A stretch of 64,000 nt of DNA from Blastocatellia bacterium. Its GTDB lineage: Bacteria > Acidobacteriota > Blastocatellia > Chloracidobacteriales > JADJPF01. The notes under the pieces are model-generated. The model worked only from the letters and a program-made list of their open reading frames with translations. It was not told the origin of the DNA and made no database searches. Positions 45,722 through 55,131 of the stretch are shown here, one piece after another. The DNA lies in contig JANWYG010000008.1 in assembly GCA_025057015.1 (NCBI GenBank), forward strand, positions 88,722-152,721. Reading direction: 5' to 3'. The translations under genes and the position numbers were made by a program. Within the stretch, counting starts at the first letter, position 1. Each line of letters opens with the position of its first letter.

Positions 45722-45860
45722 TTGAAAGCAGGGCGCATTGACCTCAGAGTTTGTGTGCGACGCCTGCGTGCAAGAGGAAGATATCTAGTGCTACACTGGC
45801 TTTTAGGATTAAGCTAGCCGCAAAGAGCGGTCATTTTTATTTGAGGAAGCGATACTAGTG

Positions 45861-48497
45861 ATGATTACCGGACATGAAATAAGAAAATCGTTTCTTGATT
45901 ACTTCGCAAGACATGGTCATACGATAGTAAGAAGTTCTCCGCTTCTTCCAGCAAACGATCCAACGTTACTTTTCGCAAATGCTGGTATGAACCAGTTCAA
46001 GGACGTCTTTCTTGGGCTTGAAAAGAGAGACTATACGAAAGCTGCGTCTTCGCAGAAGTGTATCCGAGCAGGAGGCAAGCATAACGATCTCGAAGAGGTA
46101 GGTAAGACTGCTCGTCACCATACTTTTTTTGAGATGCTGGGCAATTTCTCTTTTGGAGACTATTTCAAAGAAGAAGCTATAGTTTATGCTTGGGAGTTTC
46201 TGCTGAAAGAACTTAAGCTTCCACTCGAACGGCTATGGTTTACAGTTTATTGTGAAGATGACGAAGCAGCCGAGCTATGGAAGAAAGTGGGCGCGCCACA
46301 GGATCGAATATTGCGTTTTGATGAAAAGGATAATTTCTGGCAGATGGGTGAAACAGGCCCTTGCGGGCCTTGCACGGAGATACACTACTACACGGGAGAA
46401 GATCTAAACCGGCAAGGACCGGAGCTGGTGAACGGCCATGGAGATGATTGCATAGAGATTTGGAATCTTGTCTTTATGCAGTTTAATCGCGATGAAACTA
46501 GAAAACTTACGCCGCTTCCAAAGCCTTCAGTAGACACTGGCATGGGGCTTGAGCGTATCACTGCTGTAATGCAGGGCGTAAAGAGCAATTATGACACGGA
46601 CTTGATATTGCCCATAGTGCAGTATGTGTCAGAACTCTGTGGCCGTAGGTATGATTATAGTTCGTCTGATGGGATGTCTATGCGCGTCATAGCTGACCAT
46701 GCGCGGGCTACTGCCTTTGCTATTGCCGATGGGATCTTACCTGGTAATGATGGTCGTAGCTATGTACTTCGTAAGATAATGCGCCGGGCTATCTACCACG
46801 GCAGTCATCGGTTGGGAATGAGGGATCTGTTCTTTCATAAAGTCACTGACTTTGTGGCTCACCTTATGGCTGTACCTTATCCGGAGTTACTTGCTTCTAG
46901 AAACTTTTGTGAAAAGGTAGTCGAGGGTGAGGAGCGACGCTTCCGGCATACCTTGGAGACTTGCCTACCACGGTTTTATGACCTGATGGAAAGAAGCGGT
47001 GGCCAAATGCCTAAGTATAAAGATCTTGCCCGGCTTTATGATACCTACGGACTGCCTCCCGATCTGATGAAAGTGATGTTACAGCAACAGGGATATACTT
47101 TCGATCAGCAGTGTTTTGATGAAGCTATAGCAGAGCTTCAGAATGCTCAAGCTGTAGCTTATACGGCTGTTACGCGAACACGCGAGATCTATCAAAAACT
47201 TGCTGAGCGATTGCCGAAGACCGAGTTTACAGGCTATGAGACGACCGAAACTCTCGCAGCAAAGGTGCTGACGATAGTTTCCAATGACAAAGAGGTAGAA
47301 GTTCTATCCGAGGGACAGCAAGGAGAAGTGGTGCTTTCTAAAACTCCCTTTTATGCCGAATCGGGTGGACAGATAGGTGATAGCGGAGTTTTAGAGAATG
47401 CTAATACTGTAGTTGCAGTGGTAGACACTGTGTCGCCGGTTTCTGGTTTGATTGTTCATAAGGTAAAGGTGAAGCAGGGGAGTTTGAATGTAGGTGATGA
47501 AGTAGCTGCTTTAGTAGACAGCGAGCGCCGCCGGCGGATAATGCTTAACCATACGGCGACACACCTACTTCACGCTGCGCTCAAAGAGGTGTTGGGGAAT
47601 CACGTTAAGCAAGCCGGTAGTCTGGTTGCGCCAGATAGGTTGAGATTCGATTTCACACATACTGCAGCGCTGACCCAGGAGGAGATAACGGAAATCGAGC
47701 GTTTGGTAAATGAACAAATTCAGCGCAATGTTACTGTGACCAAGCAAGAGATGGAGCTCGAGCAGGCTCTATCTAGCGGAGCAGTGGCGCTGTTTGGCGA
47801 GAAATACTCCTCGCGTGTGAGAGTTGTGACCGTGCCGGGCTTCAGCAAAGAGCTATGTGGTGGTACTCATGTGGCATATACCGGTGAGATAGGTCTGTTT
47901 AAGCTCATAAGTGATAGTTCTATCTCTGCTGGTGTACGCCGCATAGAAGCTGTGACCGGACCTGTGGCGATCGAGCGTTACCAGCAAGCGAGCGAGATTC
48001 TGGACGGTTTGGCACATACTTTCAAGGTCAGTTGGAGCGATCTCCAGACTCAAATAGAGAAACTGCAGCAGCAACTGAAGCAGGCTGAAGCGGAAGTGAG
48101 CGCTCTTAAGTTGAAGCTTGCAGAAAAGCAACTGGCGGATGCTGCTGAAAGTGCACTTAGTATCAACGGGATTAAGGTCTTAGCTCGCCGCGTAGAACAG
48201 CTCGAGCGTTCGGCTATGCGCCGACTTGCAGATGAACTCAGTCATAAGCTTGGTAGTAGCGTTGTCGTGCTTGGTATGGAAGATGATGGCAAAGCTGCCC
48301 TCGTAGTTCGTGTGTCTTCTGACCTGAACCAAAAGATACATGCTGGTAAGATAGTCAAGCAACTAGCAGCAATAGTTGGCGGCGGTGGTGGTGGCAGACC
48401 GGATCTAGCTGAAGCAGGTGGACGCGAGGTAGCAAAACTTGACGACGCTTTGCAAGCTGCTTATGCCACTGTAGAAGCTATGTTGTCGCAAGGTTAG
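45861..48497 (+). CDS. alaS: alanine--tRNA ligase
   Basis: ~878 aa. EIRKSFLDYFARHGH, FANAGMNQFK, editing-domain HTATHLLH and CGGTH, C-terminal GGGGGGRPD DHHA1 motif. GTG at 45858 is an alternative start. Confidence 0.95.
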   Translation: MITGHEIRKSFLDYFARHGHTIVRSSPLLPANDPTLLFANAGMNQFKDVFLGLEKRDYTKAASSQKCIRAGGKHNDLEEVGKTARHHTFFEMLGNFSFGDYFKEEAIVYAWEFLLKELKLPLERLWFTVYCEDDEAAELWKKVGAPQDRILRFDEKDNFWQMGETGPCGPCTEIHYYTGEDLNRQGPELVNGHGDDCIEIWNLVFMQFNRDETRKLTPLPKPSVDTGMGLERITAVMQGVKSNYDTDLILPIVQYVSELCGRRYDYSSSDGMSMRVIADHARATAFAIADGILPGNDGRSYVLRKIMRRAIYHGSHRLGMRDLFFHKVTDFVAHLMAVPYPELLASRNFCEKVVEGEERRFRHTLETCLPRFYDLMERSGGQMPKYKDLARLYDTYGLPPDLMKVMLQQQGYTFDQQCFDEAIAELQNAQAVAYTAVTRTREIYQKLAERLPKTEFTGYETTETLAAKVLTIVSNDKEVEVLSEGQQGEVVLSKTPFYAESGGQIGDSGVLENANTVVAVVDTVSPVSGLIVHKVKVKQGSLNVGDEVAALVDSERRRRIMLNHTATHLLHAALKEVLGNHVKQAGSLVAPDRLRFDFTHTAALTQEEITEIERLVNEQIQRNVTVTKQEMELEQALSSGAVALFGEKYSSRVRVVTVPGFSKELCGGTHVAYTGEIGLFKLISDSSISAGVRRIEAVTGPVAIERYQQASEILDGLAHTFKVSWSDLQTQIEKLQQQLKQAEAEVSALKLKLAEKQLADAAESALSINGIKVLARRVEQLERSAMRRLADELSHKLGSSVVVLGMEDDGKAALVVRVSSDLNQKIHAGKIVKQLAAIVGGGGGGRPDLAEAGGREVAKLDDALQAAYATVEAMLSQG

Positions 48498-48686
48498 GGT
48501 TTCATTCGAAGCAGGCTTTTCGCGTATTAGCAAGCCTGCTAGATCGCCTCTCTGCTTGTTAAAACTCAGGCACTTAGCATCTTCTGTAGACCGTCCCAAG
48601 TACTTACAGAGAAGGCGGCTAAGCGAGCTCTCGAAAACCTTATAGACAAACATTGAGCAGCTTAGTTGTTGTGTGAGAAGTAAAGC

Positions 48687-49964
48687 TTAGATTTCGAGCA
48701 GTCTACTGGCTATATCTCTAGCTATGCGTTTTATCTTCTTGCGATCGCAGCCACGTTCTTGGGCTCTGCTGAGTGCAGCGTAGAGGCGTTCAGCTGCAGC
48801 AGCAATATCTGCTTCGGGCCTATCGCTGAAATCTGGGTTTGAGGGATCTATTTTTAACGCTGTACGGACTGCATCTAACATCTCTTGACAACTACTATAG
48901 CGTTTGTTGCGGTCTTTAGCCGTGGCTTTTGCTATTGCTAGAGAGAAATCTATAGGTACGTCTTTGTGCAATAAGTGTAGTGGTGTAATCTTGAATTCGT
49001 CAGACCAGGCGAGAAACCTCTCAGATTTGGTCAGCTCTTCAGGGAGACGCCCGTTAACAAGCTCGTAGAAAATCAAACCGAGACTATAGATGTCGGTACG
49101 TTCATCTATTTCTTCATTTTCCCATTGCTCAGGAGACATATATTGCGGCGTTCCTACTGCTAGTCCTGTGGCAGTCATAGATAGCATTCCGGTTCTGCGC
49201 TGGCCTTCTTTATTCAGAAACTTGGCGATACCTAAATCTAAAAGTTTAATCGTAGGTGTGCCGTCTATGGTCTTCCCTACTATGATGTTGCTTGGCTTGA
49301 GATCTCGATGTACGACGCCTATCGAGTGTGCTGCGCTTAGAGCACTTGCTACTGGGCTTAGTGTTTCAAAGGCTTCTTTAGGCGAGAATCTTTTGCGTTT
49401 TGCTAGTTCTTCTTTGAGCGTATGTCCATCGACATATTCTAGAACTATATAGAGCGTTCCATCATTGCTTTCGCGTAGGTCATGTACGGCTACGATGTTA
49501 GGATGGTTAAAAAGTGTCATAGCGCGCCCTTCGCGCATCAACAGCTTTTTGTATTCGGGATTGCTTCCGAGATGTCTCCTGAGTACTTTTATTGCTATCA
49601 GATGGTTAAGTAGGCTGTGTCGGGCGCGGTATACTACACCTATGCCCCCTTGGCCGAGAAGTGCTTCGATGCGATACTGGTTATCAAACAGTTTTCCTAC
49701 TAGGTTCTCTTCTTCTGTAGAAGCGTTTTCTGCATTATTGCTTTCTGCTGCGTGGGAATGGATTATGTCTCTTGCGGCTCGTGCTATGCCTTCGGAAAGG
49801 ATAGCCTCTTCACATTCGTAGTATTCAAGCAGTGATTCGACCTCTTTGCGCAAAGCGATATCGTCGCCGCAGTACGTTTCGATTAACGCCGAACGCTCGC
49901 TAGGGACTTTGTCCGCAATGTCCTCTAGGATGCTTTTTATCTTTTGCCATTGTTCTGGATTCAT
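48687..49964 (-). CDS. soluble Ser/Thr protein kinase with an ECF-sigma-associated N-terminal region
   Basis: 425 aa. Kinase motifs GQGGIGVVYRA, AIKVL, HRDLKPSNI, DLGIAK and GTPQYMSPE. The N-terminal ~60 aa (W..IK..L...........CGDD..LRKEVESLL) is typical of kinases paired with TIGR02999-type sigma factors. No TM helix. Confidence 0.85.
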   Translation of the reverse strand: MNPEQWQKIKSILEDIADKVPSERSALIETYCGDDIALRKEVESLLEYYECEEAILSEGIARAARDIIHSHAAESNNAENASTEEENLVGKLFDNQYRIEALLGQGGIGVVYRARHSLLNHLIAIKVLRRHLGSNPEYKKLLMREGRAMTLFNHPNIVAVHDLRESNDGTLYIVLEYVDGHTLKEELAKRKRFSPKEAFETLSPVASALSAAHSIGVVHRDLKPSNIIVGKTIDGTPTIKLLDLGIAKFLNKEGQRRTGMLSMTATGLAVGTPQYMSPEQWENEEIDERTDIYSLGLIFYELVNGRLPEELTKSERFLAWSDEFKITPLHLLHKDVPIDFSLAIAKATAKDRNKRYSSCQEMLDAVRTALKIDPSNPDFSDRPEADIAAAAERLYAALSRAQERGCDRKKIKRIARDIASRLLEI

Positions 49965-50530
49965 GGATTGTTCCTTAATTCTCTAAAGAGCCAGGCCTTA
50001 GCAGTAGAAAGCTCTCGGCGGACAGTTGAGACGGATATCTTCATGACGTCGGCTACTTCTTCATAGGTCAACCCACCGAAGTACTTCAGTTCGACTATCT
50101 TTGCTTGTCGTGCGTCTAGTTTTTCTAGAGCACATAGTGCAGAGTCTAGAGCTTGTATGTCAAAGTCTAGTTCGTTTTGGGGGTGGTGAGGTAACTCTTC
50201 TATGGATACTTTGAAGTTACCAGCACCGCGCTTCTTTGCTGAGTGGCTGCGGGCATAGTCAACTAAGATGTTGCGCATCACTGAGGCAGCCACAGCTAGG
50301 AATTGGGTTCTATTTTGCCAGTCGACTCCCTTCCAATTTGCAAATCGGATATACATTTCGTTTACTAGTGCTGTTGGCTGAAGCGTATGATCAGAACGTT
50401 CGCTTCTGAGTTTTTTTTCGGCAAGACGGCGTAACTCGCCGTAGAGAACCTGGATGAGCTTGTCTAGTGCTTCGCGATTACCTTTTGTCCATTCCTTAAG
50501 TAGCAAGGTCACTTCTTGAGGTTCAGACAT
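49961..50530 (-). CDS. ECF-type RNA polymerase sigma factor (TIGR02999-like)
   Basis: 189 aa. EVTLLLKEWTKGNREALDKLIQVLYGELRRLA...HTLQPTALVNEMYIRF, region 4 HTH LTYEEVADVMKISVSTVRRELSTAKAWL. ATGA overlap with the kinase gene. Confidence 0.85.
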   Translation of the reverse strand: MSEPQEVTLLLKEWTKGNREALDKLIQVLYGELRRLAEKKLRSERSDHTLQPTALVNEMYIRFANWKGVDWQNRTQFLAVAASVMRNILVDYARSHSAKKRGAGNFKVSIEELPHHPQNELDFDIQALDSALCALEKLDARQAKIVELKYFGGLTYEEVADVMKISVSTVRRELSTAKAWLFRELRNNP

Positions 50531-50647
50531 GTTAAACTCTGAGAGATTGAAAGCTTTTTCGACGCTTGAAGTATATAGAAATTATAAGACCAAGTTCTGG
50601 GGCAGGACAACCGTTATAAGAACAAGGTTAGAACTATGTTATTTGGG

Positions 50648-51796
50648 TTAGATTTCAGCACGCTTGATCTTTTCTAAAGCGGCTATGAGGCGGTCGATGT
50701 CGCTTTGATCGTTGTAAAAATGAGGAGATATCCTCAGGCTGCCGCACCTATAAGCCGTTATGATCTTTTCCCTTTCAAGTTGCCTACATAAGTTTTCGGC
50801 AGAAAGCACTTTATGTTTGCAGCAGACTATTGAAGAAGCTTCTTTGCGATTGCGGGGTGCAGCTACTATTTCGAAGCCTATTTCTTGTAATCTGGTTGAC
50901 AAGTAGGCGCATAGATCTAGCAGATAGTCTTCTATCTTCTGTGGCCCTACTTCTAGGATTAACTGGACGGCAGCTTCTGCGCCGAAAGCGCCTAGGGTAT
51001 TTGGTGTGCCGCATTCGAAACGAAGTGCGTTGGGAAGTAGCTCCATTCTATATTTGAAATCCTCGTCAAAGCATCGCCACCAGTCTTTGACTGACATCCA
51101 CCCGACAATGCTAGGGGTCACTTTCTGCATAGCTCTGTCTGAGAGGTAAAGTATTCCTAATCCTTCGGGGCCCATCAGGAACTTGTGAGCATCTGCTGCA
51201 AAGGCATCAATACAAGCAGCTTCTACATCCAGTTTGAGCGCCCCTAGGCCTTGTATGGCATCTAGGACGAACAGTATTTCTCGAGCTCTACAGAATCGGC
51301 CTATGGTGGCTATATCTGCTCGGAAACCTGAAGAGTATTGTACCCAGCTAAGAGATACGACACGAGTGCGTTCGTCGATCAACTCGAAAACGTCCTCAGC
51401 CTCTATGCGACCGTCTCTTGACTTCGCTAGTCTGAGTTCTACTCCCTTGCTAGCAAGATTCATCCAAGGGTAGATATTGGCAGGAAACTCTATATCACAG
51501 CTGACTACGTTATCGCCTTTCTTCCAATTAAACCCGTTAGCTATGGCTGATATCCCATCAGAAGTATTGCGCACGAATGCTATTTGCCCGTCTTTTGCTC
51601 CTACTAATTCGGCATACAGCTTGCGACAGCGCTTTAAAGTTTCTGTCCAACTATGCCAATTGACTGAACCATTTACAGTGATATCATCTACTAAGCGGCG
51701 AATAGCATCGACTACTCTGGTAGAGTAAGGTGCTACAGCAGCATGGTTGAGGTAAATATAGTTGCGGGTTATCGGGAATAGTTCTCGCACATTCAT
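50648..51796 (-). CDS. class V aminotransferase / cysteine desulfurase-like PLP enzyme
   Basis: IYLNHAAVAP, DAIQGLG and AADAHKFLMGPEG (PLP lysine). ATG at 51796 is preferred. The GTG at 51838 (track) would overlap the divergent gene. Confidence 0.8.
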   Translation of the reverse strand: MNVRELFPITRNYIYLNHAAVAPYSTRVVDAIRRLVDDITVNGSVNWHSWTETLKRCRKLYAELVGAKDGQIAFVRNTSDGISAIANGFNWKKGDNVVSCDIEFPANIYPWMNLASKGVELRLAKSRDGRIEAEDVFELIDERTRVVSLSWVQYSSGFRADIATIGRFCRAREILFVLDAIQGLGALKLDVEAACIDAFAADAHKFLMGPEGLGILYLSDRAMQKVTPSIVGWMSVKDWWRCFDEDFKYRMELLPNALRFECGTPNTLGAFGAEAAVQLILEVGPQKIEDYLLDLCAYLSTRLQEIGFEIVAAPRNRKEASSIVCCKHKVLSAENLCRQLEREKIITAYRCGSLRISPHFYNDQSDIDRLIAALEKIKRAEI

Positions 51797-51827
51797 AGAT
51801 TCGTAATCTATTTTAGGGGTCAGCAAA

Positions 51828-53750
51828 GTGCTAAACACAATATACTATCTTGCAGGGCATGGGCTAGAGCGGTTGGTAAGTAGTTTGAATGACACATACA
51901 ACCTAGTGGCCGTAAGTGACGAGCATCAGGCAGCAGAGGTAGACGGGCTGCTCTTTGCATCAGCAGACAGGTTGGGTGATTCCTCTCCGCTGTTTAACTT
52001 TACTGCGAAATGCTTTTTGGTACTGGTAGCAGATGATGAACAACTAAAGAGGTTGTCTCAACGAGCTATGTCTGCTTCAGGCACTATAATCTCTCCACAT
52101 TCGCCGGTACCGGTATTACGTAAGCGTGTCCAGAACATACTTGATCTGTTTGACATGCGTGCAACTACCGAGACGGCACAGATAAGCTTGCGCAAGAAGA
52201 CTAACGTGACGAAAGAGCTCAATAAAATAGGAATAGCTCTGTCGAGCCAGCGTGATCCGCAAAAACTGCTTAATCTCATAGTCGAAAAGGCTATGGAACT
52301 GACCTCTTCAGATGCTGCAAGCCTCTACTTAGTAGAAAAAGGGGAGGACGGTAAAGATCGGCTTAGGTTTAAGTACACCAAGAATTACAGCATCGAGGTA
52401 GGTTTTCAGGAATTTACCATTCCTATTTCGAACGCTTCTATAGCGGGTTTTGTGGCTGAAGTAGGGATACCGCTTGCCATAGATGATGTCTATTGTTTGC
52501 CTGCTGAAGCTCCTTATGCTTTCAACAAGTCGTTTGATGAGAAGACTGGGTATATAACCCGTTCGATGCTCGTCGTACCGATGCTGAACGCTTTTAACAG
52601 CGTCATGGGCGTGCTTCAGCTTATCAATCACAAGACTGATCCGCAAGCGATCATAAATAGCAAAGAAGCTGCAGATCTTTATGTTAGACCTTACTCGGAA
52701 GAGCTTACCGAGATAGCAAGCTCGCTTGCATCGCAGGCCGCTGTAGCATTAGAGAATTTCTTGCTTTATCAAAACATCAAGCAGTTGTTTGAAGGTTTTG
52801 TCAATGCTTCTGTAATAGCGATAGAGCAGCGTGATCCTACGACTTCGGGACATTCGTTTCGCGTAGCAGATCTGACAGTAGCGCTTGCCAAGGTCGTGGA
52901 TCGCGTTGAAGTTGGCAAATTTGCTTCTGTCAAGTTTACGCCTGATCAGATCACTGAGATAAAGTATGCTTCCCTGCTGCATGATTTTGGCAAAGTGGGT
53001 GTTCGTGAAGAAGTGCTGGTCAAGGCGAAGAAACTCTATCCGCTACAGTTTGAGGTCATTAAATGGAAGTTCGATTTTTATAAACTCTCGCTTCAACTCA
53101 AGGCATCACAACGTAAACTGAAATATTTGATGGAAAAAGGGCTAGAAGACTATCTGCGTAAACTATCCGAGATGGACTCAGAGCTTGAAGCCGAATTGCA
53201 GAGAGTGTCCCGCATGTGGGATTTGGTGATACGCAGTAACGAGCCTACGGTGTTGCCTGAAGGCTCGTTCGATCAGCTAAACGAGATAGGTCTTGTGGAG
53301 TTCTTCGATCTTGAGGGTCGATCTGTACCGCTGCTTTCTAGATCTGAAATCAAGACTTTGTCTATACCTAAAGGCTCGCTTAATGAGGAAGAGCGCAGGG
53401 AAATAGAACAGCATGCGTATCACACTTTTGTGTTTTTGTCTCAAATACCCTGGACTGAAGAGTGGAAGAATATTCCGTTAATAGCTGGTTACCATCACGA
53501 GAAGCTCGACGGTAGCGGCTACCCTTATCGTCTCAGAGGAAATGAAATACCTATACAATCTCGCATGATGACCATATCGGATATCTTCGATGCGCTAACA
53601 GCTTCTGACCGTCCATATAAGCGCGCTGTACCTGTACCAAAGGCACTGGACATACTTCAACAATCAGTGAAGGATGGACATATAGATGGTGATCTTTATG
53701 AGCTGTTTGTAGAGGCAAAAATTTACGAGTTGGTAAGTAAACCGAAATAG
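51828..53750 (+). CDS. HD-GYP domain c-di-GMP phosphodiesterase with a GAF domain
   Basis: 640 aa, GTG start. GAF-like region (DAASLYLVE...), HD motif LLHDFGKVGV, HHEKLDGSGYPYRL (GYP). The N-terminal ~120 aa resembles a degenerate receiver. Confidence 0.85.
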   Translation: MLNTIYYLAGHGLERLVSSLNDTYNLVAVSDEHQAAEVDGLLFASADRLGDSSPLFNFTAKCFLVLVADDEQLKRLSQRAMSASGTIISPHSPVPVLRKRVQNILDLFDMRATTETAQISLRKKTNVTKELNKIGIALSSQRDPQKLLNLIVEKAMELTSSDAASLYLVEKGEDGKDRLRFKYTKNYSIEVGFQEFTIPISNASIAGFVAEVGIPLAIDDVYCLPAEAPYAFNKSFDEKTGYITRSMLVVPMLNAFNSVMGVLQLINHKTDPQAIINSKEAADLYVRPYSEELTEIASSLASQAAVALENFLLYQNIKQLFEGFVNASVIAIEQRDPTTSGHSFRVADLTVALAKVVDRVEVGKFASVKFTPDQITEIKYASLLHDFGKVGVREEVLVKAKKLYPLQFEVIKWKFDFYKLSLQLKASQRKLKYLMEKGLEDYLRKLSEMDSELEAELQRVSRMWDLVIRSNEPTVLPEGSFDQLNEIGLVEFFDLEGRSVPLLSRSEIKTLSIPKGSLNEEERREIEQHAYHTFVFLSQIPWTEEWKNIPLIAGYHHEKLDGSGYPYRLRGNEIPIQSRMMTISDIFDALTASDRPYKRAVPVPKALDILQQSVKDGHIDGDLYELFVEAKIYELVSKPK

Positions 53751-53760
53751 TGTAGGTTAG

Positions 53761-55005
53761 TTAACTCGAGCTGAATCTATACTCATTGCCTCCGCCGGCT
53801 TTTGCTATGTACATTGCAGCGTCAGCTTTGTCTATAAGTTCATTGGCTGTTAACCCGTCACTCGGATAGATGCTTATGCCTATGCTGATACCTATCTGGA
53901 AAAGCAGACCTTCTATGAGAAAGGGCTGTGTGATAACTTGTATTATTTTTTCTGCAGCTTTAGCGGCATCCTGAGGCTTTTTGAGACTAGTAATTAGAAC
54001 GAGAAACTCATCTCCTCCTATTCTAGCTACTGTGTCTTCCTCTCTAACACAGCTTTGTAGCCGTTCGGCTGTAGCTTGTAATAGCAGATCACCTAAATGG
54101 TGGCCATGGACGTCGTTTACGGGTTTAAACTTGTCTAAGTCTAGGAAAAGAACGGCTATTTTGGTCTTTTCCTTTTCTGCTCTTGCTATAGCCATTTTAA
54201 ATCTATCGTAGAAGAGGGTTCTATTGGGTAGTCCAGTAAGCGCGTCATGATTGGCAAGATATTGTAGTTTTGACTCTGAAAGTTTAAGCGCAGTGATGTC
54301 GGAGAAGATGGCGACGTAGTGCGTAACCGTATCGCCTTCGCGTATAGCGCTTATGCTAAGCCATTCGGGATAGATCTCGCCGCTTTTGCGTCTGTTCCAA
54401 ACTTCACCTGACCAGTGGCCTGTGGATATCAGTTGTGACCACATTTGCTTGTAAAATTCTTGGTCATGTCTGCCTGATTTGAGTATTTGCGGGGTCTTAC
54501 CGACTACTTCTTCCGGCTCATAACCTGTGACTGCCGTAAAGGCCGGATTGACTAGCTTTATAACGCTGCGCGAGTCAGTAATCATCAAACCTTCTTGCAT
54601 AGTATCAAACACCTTTTCAAGCAGCACGAGCGCTTGTTCTGTCTTTAGAGTCTGTATTGGCCGACAAATGCTGCATAAGTAAAGCTTTCCTTGTAATCTG
54701 TAAGTCATTAGTAACTGATAAACTATCTGTTCTTGCTGGGCAGGATCTAAAATAGCGCTGATGCTTGCCCAACTCCCATGTTCGAGAGCTGCAGCGAGGC
54801 CTTTGCCAAGAATTATCTTTCTTGCCCAATCAGGCATAAAGTCGCCTATTTTAGGCAAAAGATTAGAGTTTTCAACTTGGAACAAGTTCCTAGCAGCGGC
54901 ATTAAAGTAGACGCCTTTTCCATAACTGTCATAGACAGCCACATAGTCTGGTAGTTCTTCAATGAGTTTTGTAAGAATATCCGTAATGCTGGGATCAAGG
55001 TTCAT
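53761..55005 (-). CDS. PAS-domain diguanylate cyclase (PAS-PAS-GGDEF)
   Basis: 414 aa. PAS core NPAFTAVTGYEPEEVVGKTP...W.GE.WNRRKSGE. GGDEF domain with RIGGDEF. Confidence 0.85.
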   Translation of the reverse strand: MNLDPSITDILTKLIEELPDYVAVYDSYGKGVYFNAAARNLFQVENSNLLPKIGDFMPDWARKIILGKGLAAALEHGSWASISAILDPAQQEQIVYQLLMTYRLQGKLYLCSICRPIQTLKTEQALVLLEKVFDTMQEGLMITDSRSVIKLVNPAFTAVTGYEPEEVVGKTPQILKSGRHDQEFYKQMWSQLISTGHWSGEVWNRRKSGEIYPEWLSISAIREGDTVTHYVAIFSDITALKLSESKLQYLANHDALTGLPNRTLFYDRFKMAIARAEKEKTKIAVLFLDLDKFKPVNDVHGHHLGDLLLQATAERLQSCVREEDTVARIGGDEFLVLITSLKKPQDAAKAAEKIIQVITQPFLIEGLLFQIGISIGISIYPSDGLTANELIDKADAAMYIAKAGGGNEYRFSSS

Positions 55006-55131
55006 GATAGTCTCCGCTAAGATATCGTCAACGAACCCGTTTATGTTGTACTCGGGTGTGTCTCAACAGTACTCTAAGAGATTAAGGGTAGTTAGCTTCA
55101 TCTGTCGACTATTTTTCGGAGATTGTGTTTG

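Noticed and set aside
48379-48396. GGC/GGT run in alaS and glycine-codon-rich stretches in obg (59690-59800), considered as nucleotide repeats
   Set aside because: They encode the conserved GGGGGGRPD (AlaRS DHHA1) motif and the Obg glycine-rich fold, so they are expected protein motifs.
48510-48540. 9-bp stem hairpin AGCAGGCTT/AAGCCTGCT between convergent alaS and the kinase gene, considered as a terminator
   Set aside because: It has a 13-nt loop and no U-tract on either strand, so I did not list it as a feature.
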